Source: a virus
Lineage: Duplodnaviria > Caudoviricetes
DNA length: 59,753 nucleotides
IMG/VR virus record: IMGVR_UViG_3300016484_000665
Span: 1-59,753 of that record
Strand: one strand, 5' to 3'
The notes beneath the pieces are model-generated. The model was not told the origin of the DNA and searched no databases. It saw only the letters and a program-made list of their open reading frames with translations. This document shows, one piece after another, positions 27,569 to 38,128 of the stretch (position 1 is the first letter of the stretch; every line of letters begins with the position of its first letter). The position numbers and the translations under genes were made by a program.

Positions 27569-27570
27569 GA

Positions 27571-28422
27571 CTATGCTCCTGCGCGCTGTGCAGCGACCTT
27601 CTGCCGGAAATTAGCCACCAGGCCACCATCATCATCCCAGACCCTATTACCATCCAGCGTCCGGAGCGGTGTTGCCGTCACGTTGCCCGGTACGCGGACG
27701 CCACCAACAGCCAGGTTCTGGTTGCGACGCTTCCAGCGCTCTTCCTCTGCGGCTGCGGCTTCTTCGGCTTCCGTTGGCCCGAGCATGTTGCCGGCCATCG
27801 TGGCGCCCATGAATGCCAGTTCGGGGTTTTCTTTCACGAAATTACCCGTCGTCCTCGCCAGCGAACGAATGGTGTTCACAATGCCACTGGCACCAGATCC
27901 CGAGCTTCCCGCCACGATACCTGCGTCAACCGCACCACCCGCACCACCGGCCAATGACACTGCGCTGGTACCTGCGCCCGCGCCAGTGCCCACGCCAGCC
28001 AGCGCCGGATTCAGCGCAGTGAGCCCAGCGGTTGTGCCGGCCGACGTGCCCGCAAGCGGAACAGCATTGGCAAGGGCTGTGTCGAGCGCGCCCGTACCCG
28101 TAGCGACCAACGATTGACCAACGCTCGTTTGTCCAGCGGCCAACAGACCACCGCCGCCCGCACCACCACCCGCACCACCCGCACCACCGGCGCCCGCGAG
28201 CCCGGCAGTGCCGCCGGCCTGTGCACCTGGACCCCAATATCCGAGTGCAGCACCGCCGAAATAGATCAGCACCGCAGCGGCGACAACCTTGCCGACGTCC
28301 GATGCCATGAACTTGTCCGCCTTTTTACGGATCCCGTTGCGCAGTTTCCGCAGAGGCTTCGGCTTCCCGAAGTTTGCGACCTTCTTGCCGAATTTATGCG
28401 CTTTTCCGATCAACTTGCCCAT
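27571..28422 (-). CDS. Gly/Ala-rich ejection (pilot-like) protein
   Basis: Basic N-terminus, hydrophobic VVAAAVLIYFGGAALGY segment, Gly-rich body. Confidence 0.6.
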   Translation of the reverse strand: MGKLIGKAHKFGKKVANFGKPKPLRKLRNGIRKKADKFMASDVGKVVAAAVLIYFGGAALGYWGPGAQAGGTAGLAGAGGAGGAGGGAGGGGLLAAGQTSVGQSLVATGTGALDTALANAVPLAGTSAGTTAGLTALNPALAGVGTGAGAGTSAVSLAGGAGGAVDAGIVAGSSGSGASGIVNTIRSLARTTGNFVKENPELAFMGATMAGNMLGPTEAEEAAAAEEERWKRRNQNLAVGGVRVPGNVTATPLRTLDGNRVWDDDGGLVANFRQKVAAQRAGA

Positions 28423-28894
28423 GTGGTTCTCTCACCCATGTCAATGTCAAAGCGGGCGCCTTGGCGCCCAGCCTCGCGATAACTACCGCCGTTCCGTCAT
28501 CGAAGGTATTCGGCGCGAATGTCACCGAACGCACCCACTCATCGTTCCGCGCCCACCGCATGAGCCGTCGGAGCAGTGGCAGGCCGGCGGACGGATACAC
28601 GGTGTACATTTGCAGCACGATAACCTCGCCGCCTTCAAAGAACAGCGAATCCACCGCGTCAGCCAGCACCGCCGCAACAACCTGGTTGGTGTCCGCGCGA
28701 AACGAGACTTGTGCGAACGTGCGCGGACCCGCCATGAGGTATTGTCGCCTGATGCAATCGCGCGCCGTGCGCTCGAGCTTATCGCGACGAACCACCAAGC
28801 CGGGTGTCTGGCTCTTCTCAAGCGCCTGCATGCCAAGCGCGACAATTGCATCGAGGTCTGCGAGCCGCGCCATGCGCTGCCGGATCTGCGTCAC
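28394..28894 (-). CDS. GNAT-fold-like protein of the virion module
   Basis: RMARLADLDAIVAL start and GLPLLRRLMRWAR; GTGA overlap. Confidence 0.55.
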   Translation of the reverse strand: MTQIRQRMARLADLDAIVALGMQALEKSQTPGLVVRRDKLERTARDCIRRQYLMAGPRTFAQVSFRADTNQVVAAVLADAVDSLFFEGGEVIVLQMYTVYPSAGLPLLRRLMRWARNDEWVRSVTFAPNTFDDGTAVVIARLGAKAPALTLTWVREPHGQVDRKSA

Positions 28895-29826
28895 GCTATC
28901 ACCGGTGGCCAATCCAAGCCGGGCGGATACCACGACGGCCGGCCGTCGGAAGGCGTCGGCGTGCTGCCACCACCAGTCGCCGGACCGAATGCTTCATCGA
29001 TGTACGGCTTGAGATCGAAATTCGACAGAGCGCTGATGAACCCGAATATGCCGCGGCCGGTTTGCATCATCCGATCCACAAGCTGTTGCTTGTTTTCGAC
29101 GGTGATATCGGGCTCTGCCAGAATTTGACTGATGCCCTGCGCAAACGCCATGTAGTAGTTGCTCGTTGACTGTATGGTTTCCTGGATTGTCCTAAACTGC
29201 TGCTCGAGCGCGGTCACTTCCAATGCCTGTTCACCGCGCAGTTGCTGCATGTTGGTTTCGTGCAGGCGGGCGTTGTTGGCAAACACTTCCTGTTCTGCAG
29301 CCAGACGGCTTTCCTCCTCGCCTCGAGCTCGAATCAAACCAACCTCATGACCCGCCTGCTCCGTGGCCAGTCTACTGTCGATATTGGCTTTGTCCTGCAG
29401 GAGCGTGCGTTCTGCTTGTGTCTGCTGTGCAACCGTGCGGCTTTGCTGCTGTGCACCCGCCAGATTCGCCCGAGCCGAGTTGGTGGCGTTGGCATTCTGC
29501 GCCTTAACTGTCAGCCGATTGCCTGCGTCGGTGGTTGCAATCGGCACGGCGTAATCCAGCGCCGCAGCCTGCGCGGCCTGCACGGCCATCGTTGAATCGC
29601 CCATTCCGCGACGGGCGGCCTGCGCTCGAGCGCGTGCTTCCGCCTGTCGCTGGATCGGGTTGTGTTTGTCGATGATGCGAGAGACCAGGCCCTCTACGCT
29701 GTCGTTCTGATCATCGAACGTGATCCGATCTGCTTCGTAGCCCGTAATCTTGCTGTCATCCGCCGTGGTCCGGATCAGCCCGGCAGCGGCGTCGTCACGC
29801 TCACGCAGGGTGTCTACCAATGGCAT
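28891..29826 (-). CDS. Probable internal virion protein
   Basis: A/Q-rich helical protein (ARRGMGDSTMAVQA) following the tail fibre. Confidence 0.6.
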   Translation of the reverse strand: MPLVDTLRERDDAAAGLIRTTADDSKITGYEADRITFDDQNDSVEGLVSRIIDKHNPIQRQAEARARAQAARRGMGDSTMAVQAAQAAALDYAVPIATTDAGNRLTVKAQNANATNSARANLAGAQQQSRTVAQQTQAERTLLQDKANIDSRLATEQAGHEVGLIRARGEEESRLAAEQEVFANNARLHETNMQQLRGEQALEVTALEQQFRTIQETIQSTSNYYMAFAQGISQILAEPDITVENKQQLVDRMMQTGRGIFGFISALSNFDLKPYIDEAFGPATGGGSTPTPSDGRPSWYPPGLDWPPVIA

Positions 29827-29827
29827 T

Positions 29828-30139
29828 TCAGACCTCCGGCTTTGTTGACATGAACGTCATCAGCGCGTTGTACAAACCTTCATTCGGGCGCATGAACCGA
29901 ATCGATGCCAGTAATTTGCTCACACGCTCATGGTGTTCAAGCCGGAGCTGGAATCGGGGTGCATCCGTCTGCGCGCGCAGGACTTCCATGATCGCCAGCC
30001 AATCCGACATTTCCGTGAGCGTCATTCCCTCCGCACGCGGGGCGCCAATCACCTCAAGCAGAACCGTGGCCAACCGCCGGGGATCGCCCGCGTCGGTTTC
30101 TACGATATCGTTCTCACACCACACGACTCTTATGCTCAC
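29828..30139 (-). CDS. Hypothetical protein, possible fibre assembly factor
   Basis: 103 aa directly after the tail fibre. Confidence 0.55.
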   Translation of the reverse strand: MSIRVVWCENDIVETDAGDPRRLATVLLEVIGAPRAEGMTLTEMSDWLAIMEVLRAQTDAPRFQLRLEHHERVSKLLASIRFMRPNEGLYNALMTFMSTKPEV

Positions 30140-31314
30140 GGTTTTCCGCCTCCTCTCGCTTCGAGCGTGGCAACACGCCGCGCCAGTTGTTGAATGCCGG
30201 TGAATGCCAAGCTGACCAGGTGCCCGTAGTGCAGCGCATCGGGTCGGCCCTCCGCGTCGTACTCAACAAACTCGGTCAGGCCTGCTGCGTGCACGCCTTC
30301 GGCGGTGAGGCCACCGAACCAGCGGCTGCCGTCGATAATCTCGTTGCCACGAAAGCGAACGGGGCGCAGCGCCATGATTTCTGCCAGGCCGTGTGGGCTG
30401 TCCTCGACGTCTCGCTTGTAGCGGACAGACGAGGTGGACCGTGCGAAGTTGCCGGTGTTTGTGACGTGCAGGTTTGCGGCGCTGGCCGTGGTCAGGTTGT
30501 ACGGCGCATTCGCTCTGGTCCCGGTGTTGAGCAGCCCGTCATTGCGCACGAGCAGCGTTGCATCGCCGTCGGAGTTGTAGACGCCAAGACCGTACTGCAC
30601 GGAGTCGTTTGTCGATGCGCGGACAGCGACATCAGTTGCCGTGGCAATGCCCCCTGCGCCCAGGGCAATGCGGCCATCCGCTGCGATGCGCATCCGTTCC
30701 GTGTTGTTGGCGCCGAGCACCACCGGGATGTTGGCGTGAGCCATCAGGAACAGCGCCGTCAGGGCGCCGGCTGCCTGCGTGTAATAGAGCAGGCCCGCAC
30801 GGGTGCCGTTCATGGCGAGCTCGAGTCCGGCTGTGGCTGCCGCCGCACCGTTGAGCGTGAGCGCTCTACCGAACGTCGAGATATTGGGTGTCGTCGTGCC
30901 GATGCCGAAATTACCATTGGCGTCGATGTAGGCCCGCGTCGTCTCGTCGGTCTGGAATGCCAGCGCCCGCGAACCGCTGTTGTGGCCGATGTACATGGCC
31001 GTACCGTCGAGGGCGATGTAGCCGTTGTAGCCAGATCCGGCGATTGAGAGCTGGCCGATGCCAGCGGATGAAGGAGAGACATTCTCGCCGCTGCCGCCGA
31101 TGGTCAGGCCGTATGAGGAAACCGCCAGCTTGTCCACCGCGACCAGGGCAGTCGCCCCCGAGTTGACCTGGATCAGCTTTGCGCCGTTGCCGGAGAACGT
31201 GGGCAGCTTGTTGAACGCCGCTTCGACAGCGACAAACTCCGCGCGAACGACCGAACTGACAGGGCTGGCACGATAGGCCGGGACACCTGAAGCTGTGAAC
31301 CAAGGCGCTGTCAC
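30136..31314 (-). CDS. Tail fibre with C-terminal peptidase S74 intramolecular chaperone
   Basis: GNFGIGTTTP and ERMRI fibre repeats; TSSVRYKRDV...LRPVRF...GLTAE...LHY...IQQL. Confidence 0.85.
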   Translation of the reverse strand: MTAPWFTASGVPAYRASPVSSVVRAEFVAVEAAFNKLPTFSGNGAKLIQVNSGATALVAVDKLAVSSYGLTIGGSGENVSPSSAGIGQLSIAGSGYNGYIALDGTAMYIGHNSGSRALAFQTDETTRAYIDANGNFGIGTTTPNISTFGRALTLNGAAAATAGLELAMNGTRAGLLYYTQAAGALTALFLMAHANIPVVLGANNTERMRIAADGRIALGAGGIATATDVAVRASTNDSVQYGLGVYNSDGDATLLVRNDGLLNTGTRANAPYNLTTASAANLHVTNTGNFARSTSSVRYKRDVEDSPHGLAEIMALRPVRFRGNEIIDGSRWFGGLTAEGVHAAGLTEFVEYDAEGRPDALHYGHLVSLAFTGIQQLARRVATLEARGGGKP

Positions 31315-33425
31315 GTTCGCAATCTCCTCGTCGTGTAGCGAAGCATTCCGCCCGAATGCCGCACGGGCTTACCCAACGTGCCTGTCCGAGACAGGACCAA
31401 AATCAGGTTCTCACCACTTCCGCGGATCCGGATCGAGCTCGACGGCTGTGCCGCCACGCCATCCCACGTCAGACTCGCGACGTCCCAAAACAGGCTGCCC
31501 GAATCCCACGCAACGGCCGGCGTCAGGGTGGACACCGCGTTAATCGGCGCCTCGGGCTGCAGCCGGTCAGGGGATCCATAATCGAGCCGATGCAGTACGT
31601 CCCAGGCGGAATACGTTTCACCACGCGATTCGATGATGAAGTTGTGGAAGCTGCACACGATTTCCGGCCCTTGAGGCCTGATCGGGTGCAGTTCGATGTG
31701 CGCATCAATCGACTCGCCATCGAATGACGTGCCCTTGTTCATTTGGCGCACGTAACCATCGTCCGAGCCGAAGAAAATGACCTCATCGCCGTTGGCATCC
31801 TCACCGCACCAGGTGACCAGCGCGCTGTGCGGGTACCACAGGGGCATGCAGCCCAGCGGCTTGCTGCCACTGAACGTGATGCACAAGCCCGTACCGTCGC
31901 TGAAGTAGAGCCGGTACTGGTTTCGATCGCGGACCGGACATGCCGCAACGGCGTACCGCCTGCGCGGGTTCAGCCATGAACGGATGTGCTGCGTGATGCT
32001 CGAATGCAGGAAATTGCCGTAGTCCTGTACTGCCCGGTAGTTGATCACTCCGGTGTCGTCGAGGAACAGCGTCGTGGCAACCTGCGCGATGGTGTAGGGG
32101 TAGGCACCGACGGATTCCCTGAATTGCACCAGTTGAAAGTCGTCCTTGTCGTGTCCGTACAGCATCCAGGCGCGATTGCGCGATGTGACCAGCACGGCGC
32201 CTGCTGTATCGTTGCCGGGCTCGAGCGCTAGACCGGTGATCTCCGCACCCACCGACTTCTCCCACGCGCCACTGATGACCTCATCGCTGTACGGATTACC
32301 CTGTGCGCTGCCGTTGAGCCGACCCGTCGGCAACGACAGCAACAGGTGTTGATTGATGACGGCAATGTGCGCGGGCGTATTTGTGCCCGTTCGGCTGATC
32401 GGTATGTATGTCGTGCCATCGAAGGAGAAAGCCGCGGCCACACCACTTACACCATAGACTCGCTCGCTGCTCACGTCCTCGAACTTGTGCACCACCGTTT
32501 GATAGCGCCCGCCGGCTGTGAGCGCGATTGCGCTCGAGTTGCCCGCAATGGTCGCAACGTTGGGATTTGCACCGACGTTCAGGTTCTCCGATAGGAACGT
32601 GCCCGTCTGGCTCGCAAAGGTCAGCACGCCCTCTGCATCACCACCCGCGAATGAGCCGCTGCGGATCTCTACGCCGGTAAGCACTGCCGTGGCGCCACTG
32701 GTCGCACCCGTGATGGTGTTGCCGACAGCCATCACGTAGGTACCGCCGGACGTGAACGCCAGTGATCGACCCAGCGCAACCTCGCTCCATCCGCTGCCCG
32801 TCGATTTGTAGAGCTTTGCCGATGCGCCACCCACCGCATTGCGGACGGCGTAGCAGACACCATTGAAGTACCAGCCGCCGCGGATCTGGCCTTCGCCTGG
32901 CACCGCGGCAATGAGCGCGCGGTAATAGTCGGCAGCCAGCGACAGATACGTTGCGTCCAGCAGTGTGGTCGCACCACCGCGGTCCGCGGCGATGCCCGTA
33001 GTCACACCCACCACCACGGATGACACCTCGATGTCCTCTGCGGTCTGCCACGTGCCGGACACGGCCGTAATGACAAGGTATCCATCAACGACGGCCAGCA
33101 CCTTTCCGGTCGCCGAACTGGTGCCACCGGTCACTGTGTCGCCAACCGCTACAGTCCCGGTCAACGTGGCTGGCAGCACCGAGTAACTGCCGTCGGACGG
33201 CGCCGCCTTACCATCAAAGCGCTCATACCCGTCGGTATCGACGTAACCGCCTTCCGGCCCAATCTCGTAATTCAGCGCCTCGCGACACGCGCCCGGCTTG
33301 AGCTGCAGAGGCGGTGTCTCAGTATCCATGCCGCCACGAAACGGCACGTGCAACGAATGCGGAGTAGGCAAGCGATCAGCTTGCCCCGAGAATCGAGCGG
33401 AGCGCTTGCCCAGCATGACTGTCAT
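31311..33425 (-). CDS. Tail tubular/nozzle (stabilisation) protein B
   Basis: ~704-aa beta-rich protein starting GGMDTETP; follows the adaptor gene as in podoviruses. Confidence 0.7.
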   Translation of the reverse strand: MTVMLGKRSARFSGQADRLPTPHSLHVPFRGGMDTETPPLQLKPGACREALNYEIGPEGGYVDTDGYERFDGKAAPSDGSYSVLPATLTGTVAVGDTVTGGTSSATGKVLAVVDGYLVITAVSGTWQTAEDIEVSSVVVGVTTGIAADRGGATTLLDATYLSLAADYYRALIAAVPGEGQIRGGWYFNGVCYAVRNAVGGASAKLYKSTGSGWSEVALGRSLAFTSGGTYVMAVGNTITGATSGATAVLTGVEIRSGSFAGGDAEGVLTFASQTGTFLSENLNVGANPNVATIAGNSSAIALTAGGRYQTVVHKFEDVSSERVYGVSGVAAAFSFDGTTYIPISRTGTNTPAHIAVINQHLLLSLPTGRLNGSAQGNPYSDEVISGAWEKSVGAEITGLALEPGNDTAGAVLVTSRNRAWMLYGHDKDDFQLVQFRESVGAYPYTIAQVATTLFLDDTGVINYRAVQDYGNFLHSSITQHIRSWLNPRRRYAVAACPVRDRNQYRLYFSDGTGLCITFSGSKPLGCMPLWYPHSALVTWCGEDANGDEVIFFGSDDGYVRQMNKGTSFDGESIDAHIELHPIRPQGPEIVCSFHNFIIESRGETYSAWDVLHRLDYGSPDRLQPEAPINAVSTLTPAVAWDSGSLFWDVASLTWDGVAAQPSSSIRIRGSGENLILVLSRTGTLGKPVRHSGGMLRYTTRRLRT

Positions 33426-34138
33426 GCGAGCGGATCCCAGCCTTCGGAGAATTTGTGCAGGAGCTGCGACTGCAGGAGCTCGCCCCACATGGCTGCCGAC
33501 CGGCGTTCAGCGCGGAGCATTGTTTCCTGTGAAACATCCGCATACGCATAGTCGATCATGGCGCCGTACACGATGAGCTTGTGAAACTCCTCTGGCATTT
33601 CCGGGACGTCGGTATCTGCCGCGAGAATCTGCGGCCCGCGCATGTACCAGCCCTGTATCGTGTAGATATCGTCCGGCGTTGCCCGCAGCGTGAGCCGCCC
33701 CTGATCATCTTCGGCGATGTATTGAGGACGGGCGTTTGCCGGCGGTACCAGGTCATATCGTGCGCGGAGCGTGCCAATCGTCGAGCACGCGAGTCGCTTC
33801 CGCGCAGTGGCGCCGTCCGATGTCAGGTAAATCGTGGGTTGTGTCGCGGGATCTTCGGTGAGCAGCCACCGTCCGCGGCGCGATATGACTGCTGCTGCAT
33901 CGGTGTCTGTGATCGCGGAGTAGGCGTATGTGGCAGTACCTGCGACGGTGTTGAATGTCCACGGGCGCCGCAGCCATCGCCACTGCCCTGCATACGCTTG
34001 TTGGATAGACCGGTATTCATCAACGATCCAGTTCACCAGGTCGAGCGCTTCGCCCGTCTGACTGACAACCGATGTCGGACCGGTGCCGGGAATCCGGCAC
34101 TCGCGCCTCAAATCCTGTGCGAGCGCCAGAAAGTCCAC
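33422..34138 (-). CDS. Head-tail adaptor / tail tubular protein A
   Basis: MDFLALAQDLRREC...PDDIY...DVPEMPEEFHKLIVYGA. Confidence 0.75.
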   Translation of the reverse strand: MDFLALAQDLRRECRIPGTGPTSVVSQTGEALDLVNWIVDEYRSIQQAYAGQWRWLRRPWTFNTVAGTATYAYSAITDTDAAAVISRRGRWLLTEDPATQPTIYLTSDGATARKRLACSTIGTLRARYDLVPPANARPQYIAEDDQGRLTLRATPDDIYTIQGWYMRGPQILAADTDVPEMPEEFHKLIVYGAMIDYAYADVSQETMLRAERRSAAMWGELLQSQLLHKFSEGWDPLA

Positions 34139-34150
34139 AGGGGTGCTCCG

Positions 34151-34816
34151 TTACGCGACCATCGCTTGCTGTTTCTGTGCCCAATCCATGCCCGCTTGAC
34201 CAGCCGGGTCATGAAGCACCTGCACTTCGAGGCGGCGCTGTGAGGACCGCGGATAGCGCATCGCGCGGGCGCCGCTTGGGCTGGTGTACTCGACGTTTCC
34301 GTAGGTGAAAGGACGAAGCTGGAAAATCTGCAGGAGCACGTAACGCGGGATGTTGTGCACCTTGTTCCAGTCTTTTTCCAACGGGCCGCCGAACCGGTAG
34401 CGCTCACCGTTCACCATGATGTCAACGAACGGCGGGGGATTGTCGCCCTGCGGCTGCATCACGCGCACTCTCACGATCTGGGCAAGAAACTTCGATTCGG
34501 CTTCTTTGCCGATCTTTGTTGGATCGCCGGTATCGACACGCGGTGCCTTGTCGATCTGTACGATGTTCCCTTGATCACTGAACTCGGCCATGCCATCGCC
34601 GCCACGCTCCATTTCGGTGGAGTCGTACGTGTGACGGGAGCCCTGCCTGATCAGCAGTTCAATGCTGGCGGCAATGGATTCCTGAAAATTGGCTTGCGCT
34701 GTCTCGAGGTGGCGCATGCGCTCATCGAAATCGCGCATTTGCGTTTCGATCGACACGCTTTCCGGCGTCGTTTCGGCCACGGAGTCTTGCGCTGCGGGTT
34801 TGTCCTTTGCTGCCAT
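34151..34816 (-). CDS. Hypothetical protein of the head module
   Basis: GAGGA RBS; VDIMVNGERY motif. Confidence 0.65.
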   Translation of the reverse strand: MAAKDKPAAQDSVAETTPESVSIETQMRDFDERMRHLETAQANFQESIAASIELLIRQGSRHTYDSTEMERGGDGMAEFSDQGNIVQIDKAPRVDTGDPTKIGKEAESKFLAQIVRVRVMQPQGDNPPPFVDIMVNGERYRFGGPLEKDWNKVHNIPRYVLLQIFQLRPFTYGNVEYTSPSGARAMRYPRSSQRRLEVQVLHDPAGQAGMDWAQKQQAMVA

Positions 34817-34874
34817 CGATAGTCCTCGGTTGGGGTTGTGACGTCCGGGGCCGGAACCCCGGCGTCATGACTCA

Positions 34875-35414
34875 TCAGCTTGCCTGGGTCACCGTTGAGC
34901 CGCCGTCAGCATTCGTCTGGCCGTTCAGGTACCAGTACGTGCCGTCTGACTCCATTTCAACGAAGTCGCCGACTACTGCCACGTTGGCAACGAACGTAAA
35001 GGTGTCACCGGCCGACTGGTAGGGACCGTCGTCACCGGTATCGACCTCGAGCTCATTGACGCCGCCGCGCAGGATATTGGCGCTGGATCCGGTCACGATG
35101 ATGTAGGCCGTGGTCGGCGCTACGGACACTCGGAATCGGAATTTGCCGCCAACATACGGCGCAGGCAGGGTCACAGTGAAACCGCCAGCAGCACCCAGGA
35201 AGTAGGTTTTGCCGTCGTCTGCAGACGTCAGCGTCTTCGCGGCCGTCAGTGTTTCACCGCGCGCGGGCGGATCCACGATCTGAGCCAGTTCCTTCGGGGT
35301 AATGGTGCGCCAGGTGTTCGGGCTGACTTCCGCCAGCACCGATGCACCTGAGCCCAGCCGCAGTTCTTGAGTGACGAACAGCCGGCGGAATCGCGTGAAC
35401 ATATTTTGAATCAT
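34875..35414 (-). CDS. Probable capsid decoration/structural protein
   Basis: TLTSADDGKTYFL...VTLPA beta-rich; lies after the capsid gene. Confidence 0.6.
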   Translation of the reverse strand: MIQNMFTRFRRLFVTQELRLGSGASVLAEVSPNTWRTITPKELAQIVDPPARGETLTAAKTLTSADDGKTYFLGAAGGFTVTLPAPYVGGKFRFRVSVAPTTAYIIVTGSSANILRGGVNELEVDTGDDGPYQSAGDTFTFVANVAVVGDFVEMESDGTYWYLNGQTNADGGSTVTQAS

Positions 35415-35444
35415 GTTCGGTACTCCTGTTCGGAGTGACGGACC

Positions 35445-35945
35445 TTAGGAGGTCACGTCACCGGCCGGGCGGCGGGGCAGGGTCGCGACGTTGACGATTG
35501 CATCGGTCACGCCGGTCGCGTTCCAGTTGCTCGATCCGAATGTCCAAGCCGACGAGTTGCCCGCCGTTTGAACGATCTGGTACGCGATCGGGCACACGTC
35601 ATCCGGAATATCCGGGAACGGTGGCCGTTGCAGTTTGGGCCGATCGGTATCGCCATCCACATCGACGATCGAACCCTGCATCACCTTCATGGCCCCAGAG
35701 CCGTTCAGCGACCACACGAAACAACACGCTTTGTCTGCAGACAGCGGCAAGAATGCCGCAGCGGTGTTGTAGTCCGTGGTCGGCGTGACGCCGTCGGTGA
35801 TGGCGGTCTTGGTATACAGCTTGCCGTTGATGGCAAACGTAATCGTAACCGTGGTGTCGTGCACAGTTTCGGCGCCGGTAGCAGTCAGCAGACCACTGGT
35901 CATCGCCATCGTCAGCCCACGAAGGGCATTGTTTGCGCGTTCCAT
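35445..35945 (-). CDS. Probable minor capsid/structural protein
   Basis: T/A/G-rich, directly after the capsid gene. Confidence 0.6.
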   Translation of the reverse strand: MERANNALRGLTMAMTSGLLTATGAETVHDTTVTITFAINGKLYTKTAITDGVTPTTDYNTAAAFLPLSADKACCFVWSLNGSGAMKVMQGSIVDVDGDTDRPKLQRPPFPDIPDDVCPIAYQIVQTAGNSSAWTFGSSNWNATGVTDAIVNVATLPRRPAGDVTS

Positions 35946-35957
35946 TCGGTTCTCCGA

Positions 35958-36992
35958 TTACGACAGGGCGGTGATGCCGACTTCGGCAACCGCGGCCCAT
36001 CCGTCATTGAGCATCGTCGCTGCCGCGTAGAACTTGGCACCGACATATCCCCTCTGGCCCAGCGGGTCAGCGGAGTCCTTTTGACCCGGCTTGATGTGCG
36101 TAACGTCCAGGGACTTCGAGCCGCGCAGTGCGACATCGCCCCATGAATCGCGACCCACCACCAGTACGGGGTAGATATCGACGTTCGAACCGCCAACCGA
36201 GTACAGACCGGTACCGGTAACCGATGCACCACCGGCGAGAATCGGCGCAAGCTCTGCCGACAGAACGAAACGGTAGCGCTCGCAGGAGCCGAGCTCGTTC
36301 TCGTGGACCGTTTTGCGCTGACCATACGACGGCGCCGGAATGAAGCCGGGCAGGTCGCGGATGTCTTGCTCAAGGTCGGTGTGCGCGAAGACGAGGAACG
36401 ATGCCTCAACCGGCGCAGTGCTGTAGTTCGGTGAGGGCGCCAGCACGCTGGTGATCATCTTGCAGCGGTTCGCCATCAGCCCGCGGGTGATGTTCCGCAA
36501 CAGGCCCAGGCTCAGACGCTCATCAACCGTCGAACGGCTGGTGCCACCTGCGTAATACTTGTTGGTGCAGCCCTTGATGACGCCATAGCGAATCATTTCG
36601 CGAAGCAGGCCCATCCGCTCGCCGCACTGTTCGCGCTGCGCCATCGGGATGTCGTCTTCGTGGAAATCGGCTGTCTGGTCGGTGTAATCGTAGAGGCAGG
36701 CGTACTGCTTCATCGTCACCGTGATGTCTTGCGCCAGGACTGATTCAGCTTCCGGCGTTACACCATCGTCGGTTTCGTGCGCCAGCACATCGACACTGAT
36801 CGTGTTGATGGTGGTGCTGTTGGTAGTCGTCGCGCCGTATGGGAGGAAGCGGCGGAAGACGATCGTCTTGCCCGCGTTGCGGGCCATGTCTTTGTTGTCG
36901 CCGGTGATTCCCAGGACTTCTGTGGCCATCGCGTGGCGCAGCAGTTGCCCTTTCTGGATCCCGACGCGCTGGCTGAGAGTTGCGTAGCGCAT
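35958..36992 (-). CDS. Major capsid protein, N4-gp56-like
   Basis: GKTIVFRR, GVTP, ELGSCERYRF and DSADPLGQRGYVGAKF motifs. Confidence 0.85.
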   Translation of the reverse strand: MRYATLSQRVGIQKGQLLRHAMATEVLGITGDNKDMARNAGKTIVFRRFLPYGATTTNSTTINTISVDVLAHETDDGVTPEAESVLAQDITVTMKQYACLYDYTDQTADFHEDDIPMAQREQCGERMGLLREMIRYGVIKGCTNKYYAGGTSRSTVDERLSLGLLRNITRGLMANRCKMITSVLAPSPNYSTAPVEASFLVFAHTDLEQDIRDLPGFIPAPSYGQRKTVHENELGSCERYRFVLSAELAPILAGGASVTGTGLYSVGGSNVDIYPVLVVGRDSWGDVALRGSKSLDVTHIKPGQKDSADPLGQRGYVGAKFYAAATMLNDGWAAVAEVGITALS

Positions 36993-37103
36993 GTTTACCC
37001 CGATGTTTCATGTGACCGGCGTAAGCCGGATTACTTGATCCATCGGGGGACGCATCGCCCGATTTACGTGCCGATCAGTGCGGGCGCAGCGATCGGCACG
37101 CGG

Positions 37104-38087
37104 TCAGCCTCGCTTGAATCCCTCCTCCATCGCCTCGTCCTCAGTCATCACGCGGGTTGGTGGTGCTGCTGCCCGCCCTGTTGTGGCGGGGAGAGCCCTT
37201 GCCAGCCGTGATCCGGTGGTCGGGCGACTTGCGGGGGCTGTCGGGGCCGCCGTAGTGGTCGGAGCGGATTCTGTGCCGGCCTCAAGGTACTCGTCAAGCA
37301 CGTCGGCAACATCGCTGCCCCACTCAGAACGCCATTTCCGCTGTATCTTCGCGCTTTGGCCTTGCACCCATTCCTCGACGGCGTTGTTTGCCAGCAGATC
37401 CCGGTAATCCGCGTGCCGGGCCTCGAGCTGCGAAATGCTCATTTCGGTTTTGATCTGCTTGCGGAGCTCCGCGACGTCAACCGCACCACCCTGCGGGGCT
37501 GCTGACATCACGGTTTCGACCGCTCGTGTCACCAGCTTCGTGAATTCCGGAAACTCACGCTCGATCGCCCGGAATTCATCCGCGCCCTTGAGCTGATCGA
37601 CAACCTTGCCCACTGCGGCTGCGCTGGGCGGCGTGCCGGTAGCGGGCGCACCTGGTTGTGATGCGCCGGCCTGCTGCTTGAGCAGCGCCTCGAGCTCGCG
37701 ATTGCGCCGCGTGAGGTTGCCCACATGCCCCTCCAGCGCGCGGACTCGCTTTTCGAAGCCGGCGTCTTTGGCGGGTTGTGGTTCGGGTTGCCCCTCGCGG
37801 GGGGGCTGGCCAGCGGAGGGGTCGGGGGCCGCCGGACGCTGCTGTTCCGGTTGTCCCGGATCCTGCGGCACCTCTGTCGGCGGTGACTCTTGCCCGATCG
37901 ATTCGGACGCGAAACCAGCCTCAAGTGCCTCGTCCTCGATTGCTTCGGCCTCGGCCTGCTGCTCCGGGGTAAGCTCTTCTTCCGGCAGTTCCTCGTCCTC
38001 AAGCGAAGGATCCGGCGTCTCGAGCGCATCATCCAGAATCGGATCATCGTCATTGCCGCCTGCGGCATCGGCCGCGCCGCCGCCCAC
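37104..38087 (-). CDS. Capsid scaffolding protein
   Basis: Acidic, P-rich, coiled coil; immediately upstream of the capsid gene. Confidence 0.7.
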   Translation of the reverse strand: MGGGAADAAGGNDDDPILDDALETPDPSLEDEELPEEELTPEQQAEAEAIEDEALEAGFASESIGQESPPTEVPQDPGQPEQQRPAAPDPSAGQPPREGQPEPQPAKDAGFEKRVRALEGHVGNLTRRNRELEALLKQQAGASQPGAPATGTPPSAAAVGKVVDQLKGADEFRAIEREFPEFTKLVTRAVETVMSAAPQGGAVDVAELRKQIKTEMSISQLEARHADYRDLLANNAVEEWVQGQSAKIQRKWRSEWGSDVADVLDEYLEAGTESAPTTTAAPTAPASRPTTGSRLARALPATTGRAAAPPTRVMTEDEAMEEGFKRG

Positions 38088-38128
38088 TATCGTGGTACCT
38101 CGCAGTCGTTCATGGTGTCATTGCTCCG

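Noticed and set aside
34839-34868. GC-rich hairpin as a terminator
   Set aside because: No U-tract on the coding strand.
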